From positions 1-64,000 of the forward strand of contig JALDTO010000251.1 in NCBI GenBank assembly GCA_023515725.1: a stretch of 64,000 nucleotides of DNA, given 5' to 3'. The position numbers and the translations under genes are program-made. Below are positions 1 through 10,293 of this stretch, piece by piece (positions within the stretch are counted from its first letter, which is position 1; every line of letters starts with the position of its first letter). The stretch is from Amoeboaphelidium protococcarum X5 (lineage: Eukaryota > Fungi > Aphelidiomycota). The notes under the pieces were generated by a model. It worked only from the letters and a program-made list of their open reading frames with translations, was not told where the DNA came from and did no database searches.

Positions 1-15
1 TTTAATTATTTTACC

Positions 16-2295
16 ATGGTTTATGAAATTACCCGTAAATGCAAGCTCAATACTGCTTTAAATCTTGATGCTTTCGATAAGTCTGCGTTGATCGCCTTCG
101 TCAAAACCTGCTCCACCTCTCTGTCCTCGGCTTAACGATTCCTGTACATCTGTCTTAATGTTTGGCAAGAAGAAGGCACCTAATTACCTGACCTGTCTCA
201 CCAGCAATACGTAGCGTCGATGCTTGAGTTCCTCTGCAATCCATAGTTTCCTCATGATCGTCAAAGTTTCCACACCCAGTTACTTGGTGATGCGATAGGC
301 CCTGCTGTCCTGGAATAATTACATCACGCGTCTTTGGCTGGTCCCAATCCCAACCTGTATGAATTTGGTGCTAGGCGCGTTATGCAAGCTGTAAGATGGC
401 ATCTGACTACTACCCTATTTGTGTATCAGAAACGCATCTTACAGGCTTAGCTAGAGCCATTTGGAATCACTGGGCGCAAGCTGACTCTGTATATTGCGCT
501 ACTGAATGCTCTCAAATTTGACAATCCAAGTGAGGCATTTCAGTTTGATCATCCAGAGTTGCTGCTGTTAGACCGCTCGGTTAAAGTCTCCATTTCTGCG
601 GAGTACGATGCTGACGATCAGGAACATTAGGAGGTGGCTGATGCAGAATTGGTATCGCAGATCTATGATCAGATGGATTGGGATGAAGATCTGGTCTGGT
701 TTACAAAAGTTCACCGTAGTTTTCTCTTAGATATTGTCACCTCCTCATATGAGCCTCCAGAGCCTCGTCGTGAATATGTAATGCAGAGAAGGAGTCCTCG
801 AAATCTGGAAAAGAAAGTTGGTGTCCACCGACAAGTTAGAGCGCGAAGTCGTCAGCAACTAAGTATGAAGTCTCGCGCTGGGCCTGCCTTCGACAGTCTG
901 ATGGGGTAGTAGTCACTTGTGCTATATATGGGGTATCTGCGTGATGAGACAAAAGGGCTTGAGGTGCCCTCCTTCAGCATCTTTCCTATGGGCACTGATG
1001 TCCCACGATATGTGTAAGTGGACAGGAGAGTCTTGCACTACTCTGGCATCTAATCTCTCTCTGGCTGTTCTGTCAAGTCCATCATCAACCTGAAGAAGAC
1101 TAGACTTCGGAAGATTGCGGCTGATGTGGACGAATTCACGCTGCTTTCTGATGGCTACGGCTGTTCCATTGCCGTCAATGTCAAGGAAAAGCCGTGGCAA
1201 TACGCTAATGTGAAGAGGGATCTGGAAAGTAACAGATAGTCTGACGTGTCTGGGAAGCTGTTTGGTGCTGTCTATCTCACTGACGCCAAGAACCTCGCTG
1301 AAAGGATGGAAGGTGCTCAAGTTTTTGGCGTGGATCCTGGCAAGAAGAATCCGATGGTGTGGACCAAAGATCGCGACCCTGTCCTTGCTGCCAATCGCTC
1401 TCTTGCTTAGTAAAAGTACCGCCGGGCTGGTCATATCACAGCTGGTCATTGGCGTAAATTGACCTTGGAGAAATAGTATGAGGCCGCTGCATCAAGAATT
1501 AAGCCCGTAAGTATCAACGTTTATGAGAACGATCTGGCGTAAGTCTCCTCTAAGCGTTAATACCTCAATGTCCTAATTGCAAACTTCCCTCAGGTTGTGG
1601 ATTTCTACTCCTCCTCATTCCACAGATCTTGGCGTTTCCGTCGGTACTGCGCAACGTAGTCTGGATACGACAACGTGATGAACCACATGCTACACGGCAG
1701 GGAGACGCCTTAAGCTGCTGTAGTGCATGATCACCGGCGTAGGAAGCGTGCCAGAAGGCGAAAGAAGAAGTAGAGGAAGAAGCATGAGAGAATGGTCGAC
1801 CCTGCTGCTCCAACGAAGCCTCCTGTGATCGCTTACGGCAATGCTGGTGTGATGCATGTCAAGAAGAATCCGCCAGTACCCGTTAGAGGCTTTGCGTACC
1901 ACCTCAGTCGTCGTGGATTGGTCGTCTCCATTCCCGAATATCACACTACAAAGCTCTGCTCATGTTGCCATCATGGACTTCGGTTAGAAAAGGTTGGTGT
2001 TTACGACTGTCACCATACGAAGAGGAGAAGGCGCGTCCCTGAAAAGTCCCACCCTGTCCTCTGTTGCTTTGATGCTTCTGGCTCCTTTCTGTAAGTCTCG
2101 TCCAACTGTCCTGACCGTCAACAGAAGTAGGTGGAGTCTAGGCTTAGCGTTTGCTCAAATTGCTAGGTCTTAGGCCAACCTTACTTTGTGGATCGGGATG
2201 TCAACGCAAGTTTAAATATGCTGCTGATAGTGGTGTATTTTGCGGAGACTAGAAGACGCCCTGACTGGAATCGTCGCGCCGGAAGGCGCACCTGA
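16..2295 (+). CDS. Fanzor1-like RNA-guided endonuclease (eukaryotic TnpB/OMEGA family), 759 aa in table 6
   Basis: One open frame from ATG 16 to TGA 2293-2295 when TAA/TAG=Gln. Motifs: SDGYGCSI (Fanzor1 TDG-like); RuvC-I VFGVDPG (D 1333); IAYGNA with Gly at the canonical RuvC-II position and the alternative Glu in VVSIPEYHTTK (E 1936); Zn finger CSCC (1957) ... CSNC (2152); RuvC-III VDRDVNASLNM (D 2197). Confidence 0.9.
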
Positions 2296-2400
2296 CCTAT
2301 ACTGTGATTCGCTTAAAACGTGAAAAATACAGTAAGAATTGCGTCATCAAAAATGTTACCCTTTTCGGCGAAGCGTATCAACATTTCTCGCGATAACAAA
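2255..2400 (+). ncRNA. Candidate Fanzor omegaRNA (fRNA) scaffold overlapping the 3' end of the ORF
   Basis: Hairpin GCGCC-GGAA-GGCGC (2276-2289, GNRA loop). Stem TACTGT/ACAGTA (2300-2305/2329-2334) with inner TTCGC/GTGAA. Stem AAATGTT/AACATTT (2351-2357/2380-2386) with inner CTT/AAG. Position matches known TnpB/Fanzor omegaRNAs. Boundaries are inferred. Confidence 0.45.
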
Positions 2401-2476
2401 TTTTTACTTTTGACTAGAAGTTTCTTTCAAAACAATACAATACAATCAGTGCACCTTATATTAAAGATCTAGTTGA

Positions 2477-4309
2477 ATGAAAAGTGATATTATTTGGGTG
2501 TTGGTGGCTTCATTTCTGGCAGAGTCTAGCCGTGGTATCGTTTTATCCTCTTTGACCCCCTGTGTGTATTATCTTCATGGATCCCCCACAACTATTGGTA
2601 TCGCTATTGCCTTGTACTCGCTTGGTAGACTTCTATCTGCTGTTCCGCTAGGGTATTTACAAGATCGATTGAATTCTACAAGTAGGACTTTGTAATATGC
2701 TTCAGCTGGTGGTGCCTTGTTAAATCTGTTCTATGGCTTGTTGTTCTTGTTGCCAGCTGAATCATAATAATCATCAGCTGCTGCTATCGTGCTGCTCTGC
2801 GCTTTACGATTTGGTATTGGATTCTTTTCTGGTACTCTAGCTGTAATTAGATCTTATCTGATTAAAGTTTCATCTGATGGGCAGTAGAGGACGCAGTACA
2901 TCACTTGGAGTGGTCTTGTTTAGTATATTGGATTCTCATTGACTCCACTTATCCCCATTTTATGGAGTCTCTTCAGCTCATCATCATCGTCAGATACTGC
3001 TAATCCCGGATAGAATGATGACAGTTTTAATAATTAGTTACCAGGCAATGATAGCTATAGCGGTCAAGATTTTGCCACTCAGTAAAGCTTTTCGTAGGTG
3101 CAGTTAAATTGTGCAATGCCTGGGTATCTAATGTTCGTATTGAATGCTCTTCTTGTGCTAATAGTCAATTATGGAATGCCACGATATGATACACCTAATT
3201 AGAGTGATTCCAAAGCTGATGATAATACTAGTTAAACCACACCTACCGGTGAATAGGATATTCCTTCGAAGAAGAGATCAGTGCAATAGTAATAGAGTTA
3301 ACTGAAGTTATCACCTAGAGAGTCTACACCTCTGTTGGATTAAAAATAGTAAAATATGCCGTTTAGGGATGAATTGTCTGATGTGGAGACTCTGGATGAT
3401 GATGGTGCACATTCTATAGTCAGTCAATACTCGCGGTATCAGCGTTACTCTGGCGACTCTATCCGACTGATGCCATCTAAGGAGAATATGTAGTCGTAAT
3501 CGTCTCCATAATAGGCCGCATTACAACCTCCTCAATTATCATCAGCACTAACATAATCCGGAAAAGAGCCATCTTTTTAGAGTACAAAAGATTAACAAAA
3601 GGAGCGAATGATGCAGTTTGTAAAGTTGAGCGTGGCTGTGTATTTCTTCCTCAACTTTGCACTGCGCGGAATTATAGGTGTGGCAGAGACTATTTAGCCC
3701 ACGGAGTTTGAACGAGTGAGCAAGATTAAGGACCAGAGTCGACTGATCACGATGAGCAGTACCTTCTTTGCCAGTCTAGGAATGGTTGGACTGGTGGTGT
3801 TCATATTGATACCGATTGTGTAGAAGCGATTGAATCGAGTACTGGCTCGCCGCACTGCTCCGGAGAAGAGTTTATGTAAGGCCGCTATCATGCAAACGCA
3901 TACACTGATGAACTTGTTCGGTATCGTGACTCTTCTTGTTGGATCTATCCTGGTGTCTGATTATATTCATCGTTTCACGATGGCGCCATATGCTGCGGGA
4001 ATGGTTCTGATTTGGAGTGTAGGATCTCCGCTGTGTTAGACCGTGGTCATCGTCGCCTTTTCAGAAGCTTTGAATGCTGTGGACTCTCGCTGGCCTGGCT
4101 TTAGAAGTGATAGCAAGATTGGCACTTGGATGGGATCGCTAACTACGGCTGGTAGTGTAGGTCGTATAGTATTGCCCACTGTAGCCAGTATGATTCCATT
4201 TGATATCGCCAACGGTATTAATGTCTTGCTCTGTCTCTGCTGCATCCTTGCGCTCATTACACAGCGAGTAATTAGTATTAAGTGGCTGGATTAGAGTACC
4301 TATACTTGA
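2477..4309 (+). CDS. Major facilitator superfamily (MFS) transporter, ~610 aa
   Basis: In-frame fragments 2477, 3830 and 4043 join via TAR=Gln and end at TGA 4307-4309. Multiple TM helices, MFS motif A-like PLGYLQDRL, LRFGIGFFSG, C-terminal GTWMGSLTTAGSVGRIVLP, and a long polar central loop. Confidence 0.85.
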
Positions 4310-4517
4310 TGGTGATGGTGATGATGACTAGCGCGCTAGTGTACTTTTGATGGCTATTTATTGCTCACCATCACTACTTGCTAAGTACAAATACATATGC
4401 TCTAGACTCTGTCATTAGATTTAACAAAAAGTAATGCCGTGAAATTGAAAGACTAGAAGTAATAAATGTATGATCTATGTGTTAGTATTCAGTATAACAG
4501 CGTTCATCAAACAAACT

Positions 4518-7082
4518 TCAATCTTGCTATTAATGTGAAGAAGACTGATCGTCTGAAATCTACTGCAACAACAAATGATAGTAAAGACTATGAGCTCCAT
4601 CTTCACCAAGAGGTAGAGGTTGATCATTATCAGCGGAGGAGTATAATTATACAGATTCGATAGCCTGAGACATTTCTTATATAATAGTAGGAAGAGCATC
4701 TTGAATTTTACGAGCATATTTACAGAATACAGTCTCTGACTTATTGTACAGGAAACAGTTGGACACTATCAGATTCAAATCTTCCGTAAAATCATCCAGA
4801 GTCAAATACTCCATGTCATTCACCTTTTATTCGATGGTCTAGAAACACATTGGCCGCTTCACAATCTCATAGTAATCAGGTACAATCTGCCTATCAACAG
4901 GTACGTGGAAGAACTTGTGTTTATCCAGAGATGAGATTTACTACAGATACATTCTAATACACTCATTCACCGGGTTGAGTTGCATCAATACCAGCTACTA
5001 CAGATCACGTAAGTATCTCAACTTCAACTTCTCTCTCTTCTTGGTCATTTCCGCCTATAATCGAAGAGATTCTAGATCAGTGCGCATAGAAGACAAAACT
5101 GCAAATCGTGCCATATTCTACTCTTCATTAGCCTTCATCTGACTCGGAAATGAAGACCATGGCTCAAGATGGAGACGTTTGATAAGAGGTGCTCCCCGCT
5201 TGGACTATCTCTTCAGGGACCAATATTTGCAAACCTACTGCAGAAACTTTAGCTTGCCTCTAATCACCATACCGTCAAACTCTAGTCTCTCAGAGAGTCT
5301 ATCAACTATGAGCTATGGTGCTATGATATCATCATATTGCTACTATTTACTGCCATTCCGACTATGATTATTCGACAATGTCCGCCCACAATTAAAGTCA
5401 ATACTATCTAAATCGGGCAATTCACCATGACCAGGAGGTGTGTGTTAGTGACAAAATGCCTTATTGATAGAATAGTCAATCCCATTATGCTGATACTGCT
5501 TCATCTTCATATATAGTCCTGCTTTGCGAGCACAAGTGACATGGAACGCTTTAAAGCACGAAGACTTATGACACTGAATACATGCACCTTGCAAGTGACA
5601 ATCAGGCATGTCATCAATCCTGTCTTTACAGAGATAACATGACAATTTCCACCTCGACTTGGGAATAGACTCAATGCCATCAATAGGTTCTGCATAGACT
5701 GGATTAACAATCTTGACTTCAGGAATCCACAACGCACACAGGAGATGAGCCCAGCGATTATTAGTGGTCTGCTTGAATGCTCCATCAGTATGAGGACATA
5801 GAGCACACGTGACGTTATCATCCGGCATGAGCATACACTTTCTACACAGCCACTAGCCTTCCGGTATAAATGGGACACCATAACAGTCCTGATGCACAGC
5901 CACGTTACATCCATCACAAAATATGATGGCATTCGTGTTATCAGCCTCTCCATCCAAACAGATGCTGCATATCTCATTCTCTGGAGCAAATGGATCAATT
6001 TGATGATGCCGATGTGAATCCTTTGTCAACATGAACCACTCCTTCTCAATGCAATCTATGATCAATTCAAATACATCCTCACTGATAATTATTGAATTAC
6101 TACCATCAGAAACCTTGGATTATTTATTGCTTGATTGTGAAGGGAACTCTGACAATCTCTGAGTGTTAATTAAATCAAGCCAACATTTATCCTGCTCATC
6201 CATATCATATTCTACTGTGCACATTAAATCATTCTCTGTTGGCTCGACGTACCTCAAATACTATAGCTATGACCGTTGTTTACTTATGGACTTGCGAGGT
6301 GATGGTTTCTACTACCTAGAATCTCTCTTTCCAGATGGTGATTACTTTACCTAGCGCTAATATTACTACTATTAAATCAATTTAAATGAAGTCTTGGGCA
6401 ATTGCGATATATCATCTTTAGGGTGAAGAACTCCACCATCTCTAATATGTCCACTTCCATCAGCAGCCGTATCATCCTTATTTATAGTAACAGACAATTC
6501 CTATTCAACATCCAACTGAGGAAATACATCTTTATAACTCAACTCTTCTCTGGGCTTTGCTTACACGGGACTCCCACTGACAGGACTAAAATCATCATCA
6601 TTGATCACCATTTAAACAGAATCTGGAAGATTGGTTGAAGATATAGCTTTGAAGTTAGTAGTACTCTTTCTCCTTTTTAAACTTCCTGTACTATCAAGAT
6701 TCCGATTCAAAGGAGGCCTTCCTCTACCTCTGCCCCGTCCTCGTCCACGTCCTCTTCCCCTTCCTCTACTTCCTCTTGTTGTGGGTATGGAACTTTGTGT
6801 ATGGTTATTACCACCATTGAATTTAAAAGGAGAATTAATCATTGCAGATGACCTTGATGTGAGTACATGCAGTCCAGCAGACGGCCTCACTCTTTAAGAT
6901 AATTATTATTACTATTACTACTGTTCTATACTAGATTGACTTTCAGTGTCATTTTCATGGTCACCACTTTCATAACTGTTATCATCATTATCGGTTGTAT
7001 ACGAGTCAGAGTCATCGTCGTTCTCACTATCAACTGCATCCAAAGAGCCATCACTGACCTAACGCTTCCTTCTTCTCTTCAT
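4518..7082 (-). CDS. NuA3/MOZ HAT scaffold, Nto1/BRPF1-like (EPC-N, PHD-Zn knuckle-PHD, bromodomain), ~854 aa
   Basis: [45 protein letters not shown]...[33 protein letters not shown], and bromodomain [24 protein letters not shown]...NCFLYN. All fragments share one frame from ATG 7082 to TGA 4518-4520. Confidence 0.88.
6718..6778 (-). repeat. (RG)n coding repeat ending in GRPP (AT-hook-like / RG-rich) within the Nto1-like gene
   Basis: Translates as [20 protein letters not shown] on the minus strand. Confidence 0.75.
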
Positions 7083-7610
7083 CTCTATTTAAGATTAAGA
7101 AACTGCACTATTATTTTCTAAAAAAATCGCACTAGAAATACTGAGAGGGAGTGGACTGGACGGTATATAAGCAGCAAGCAAGCAAGTCAGTTAGTCAGCC
7201 GTTTCGTGCAGCACAATTTGTCTGCCCTGTTCGCCACAAAAACACTTTCTCGTCGCGCGCGCGTTCTTTTGAACACCGAGCGAGAAAGAATGAGCAAAGG
7301 GCCAAAGCGCATTGTACCACCACTACGCGACTCGTTTCATAGTTGGGGCGTTTGTTTCACTCTGTCATTTGAGTTTTACAGCACTCTCTATGCAGCAGAA
7401 TTTATTAGGCAAAATGTCACTTGGTTTATAAAGCTGTCAATAGACTGCAGTTCATTACAGAGACCAACTTGATATGGAATGATATAAGCCTCTGTTATTG
7501 ATTGAGGTAGGGGTATACTCTTGCTTAATTTTAACTAAATATTTCAATTCTCTCAGCTTCCATTACTATTACTATCTATACACATTAATAATATATATAT
7601 CAAAACCTGT

Positions 7611-10034
7611 ATGCTTACATTGAATTATGATTCCACTACTGCAGTATCCTAGATAAGAGACGCGATTGATACTTTCAATTTGGCTAATGATTTGCAGTAG
7701 TAACGTCTAAAGCTTTCACTTCATTTGCGCACAATGATAAAGAGTTCCATTCCTCGACTTGATTGCTCCAATTCTGTGGCATTTATTGCTAGTAATTAAT
7801 GGTATGGTTCTGCTCATTAAAGGCTTGCTGATATCATTTAATAGCAATGCTTCCACTAAGACGCGTAATCTAGGAAGATAGTTGGCATAGTTCAAGCGTA
7901 CGGATGTGGCAAGACTAAAACAGCTTTGAAATTGACTGACAAGTTTATAGTTCTGCCTGTACGTGTACTCTTTACATAATCTGGGATATGTAATGATTTT
8001 ACGGGCGTATTGATTGCTGCTTAACGTAAATTGCGTTAATAGATGCCTGAAGATCCATCCCTTGACGACGTGTCTGAATTTTCTCAATAGTGTCTCCATC
8101 TTGTTCATCTCTACATGTGGTCTTTGGTGCAGCTGTTTGAATTTTGTGTATCTAACGAATTGGTAGATCCTGATAATGCTTAAAGCCGCTTCACCTTCGC
8201 TCTGCTTCTACTGACTGGGAATCGTGCATTAATTGACTTGTGTGTATGGTTCTTCTCTGAACATTAAGAGGCTGTGCTTTCTAATATTTACCAATTTCAG
8301 CATGAGGTTATGAATGTTAAATCTGGGCGGTAATTTGTGTTTCTTTTTGATGAGGTGCATAATCTATTTGGAAAATGTCAAGGATACTATCTCTTTAATG
8401 GTGGTTTAGAGTCTGACTAAGATTTACTGCAGAAGTGGAAGAGTGCATAACGTGATGGGCAAATGAATGGCGAATTTTGTACAGATTTATACTATCAGTT
8501 GCGAACGGTTATGGCGGAGTATTTATAAAGTCCTCTAACACCTTTTGCTTTCGTCACGTGTTCTACAAAGATGAGCACTTGGTAGATGTATGGAGTTTAA
8601 GAATAGTCGTTGCCTGTCTGTAGGGATATGATTGTCAAGTTTACGGATCTACATTAGTTTACAAAGGATGAAGTGTTGATAGCTATTAGTAGCATGTTTG
8701 ATATCAGTGGCAGCATTTTAAGTTCGTTAGATCATCTGGAAGATTTACAGCGTCCTTATTTTGTGTGTGAGTTTCTAAATAACCTGTGTACTTCATTCCC
8801 TCGAATAGGGCCTGGGTAAGATTTAAAGTAATGGCTGAACGACAGTCTTGAACATACAAGGGTGACAATTAAATAGCATTGCTTGAAGAAAGTCCGCCAA
8901 CTTTGTATAAGGAATCGTGCTGGGGATGTGTGGACATTGCGAGAGTTGGTGTATCGCCTTTTTACTGCTTTGATGGTTTGTGGCGGAACTTTGGTCTTGA
9001 GCGATGAGATGGAGTTATCGCCTGTTATATCTGTAGGTGTCGCGCAATTAGAGTTTGGAAATCGAGTTAGAATAGTTGATCATTTCTATGCAGAAGCCAT
9101 CCGTCTCTCTGCTGGTTACGACGTTAATTAATGTGAAGCGGTGATGAAATGTTTAACTTTGCTTCACGATTAGAGTGCTCATTTGGAGTCATCAGATCAT
9201 TCGTCCATGATACTTTCAATGAAGCGTGCTCTGGCTTGGCTATTCTTGTCGGGGCAGATTTCATTCAACTTTAATCCTTACTTTGATGATGATGCAGAAG
9301 AAGCGTTGACAATTCGAGCCTTCGCGCGGTCTGCGGGCACTTCTGAGGAACTTTAACTCGGTAGTGGCAAGGCACATGATTCTGAAGCTGTGATCAGATT
9401 TCTTGAAAGTACTTTATAGCATATTCTTCTACCATGTACGCCATCTGGACCAGATTTGGTCATGCGTGCTACTGTCAATGGAGTCGATAGCGTCATTCTA
9501 GTTCATTCCAAAGTGGACGATAATGTTTGCTCATAAGCTGAATTCATTAAAGTGCTAAATTAATTAGATCTTAGTAGAGCATACTCATATCTTGAACGGA
9601 ATTAGACTGAATTGCAATAAGCGCTCATCAATAGTCCACTATACATGGTTGTGTTTAATGCTTTAGGCTTTTCTGGGGAAGTCTAGTATGCTGTTAAAGA
9701 ACACAATTAAGCTTCAAAGGCTTACGGTAGGAACGATAGAGTTTTACTGCTGAATCTTGATGATTTAAGATGCCACTTGTATGACTTTTATAGCGTCATT
9801 CGGCGGTAGGTTGTTGGCTGTGAAGTTGAGAAATGGTACGCTAACGAAGATTTTATATCGAACGAAGCATGGAAGACTATGAATAGAAGAGAGAAAATGA
9901 AGATGAAAATGGATCAACTTTTTTAACATTCCTCATATCGAGGCATGAAGGCAGGCAAGACTAGATTCTATCATCTAACATATTGGAGACTATTGTAACG
10001 GTAAGAAGGCAAGGCCGTTTCTTTGAATGCGTGA
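7611..10034 (+). CDS. Crinkler (CR)-type effector-like protein: P-loop NTPase + PD-(D/E)xK REase-fold domain, 807 aa
   Basis: Open frame with no TGA from ATG 7611 to TGA 10032-10034. Walker A-like IVGIVQAYGCGKT (7893-7916), Walker B FVFLFDEVH (~8346), C-terminal ILLPCTPSGPDLV...VILVHSK (9447-9512). Confidence 0.6.
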
Positions 10035-10293
10035 CTTTCTAGTTAAAATATATGCAATGTATTACTTTGAAGTTCTGATTCAGATGTCTGCTTTTTTAGA
10101 TTTGTACTCTAGTAATATTTATGGAAGACATAGACACTTTGACCGGTGCTTAGTCTTCTACATTGAATGGCGTAATATTAAAATCCCGTAGAGACAAAGA
10201 CAATTTATTCAACATTCATCACAAACTCTATATACTGAGACGCCTAAACAGTGCGCATAACAGCCAACATACCGTTGGGTAACGTAAAGCTCA

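Noticed and set aside
2351-2473. Helitron 3' end (hairpin + CTAG) for the Fanzor element
   Set aside because: CTAG at 2414-2417 is followed by A rather than T and lies about 28 nt from an AT-rich hairpin. CTAGT at 2469 is only a few bases from the MFS ATG. Neither is convincing.
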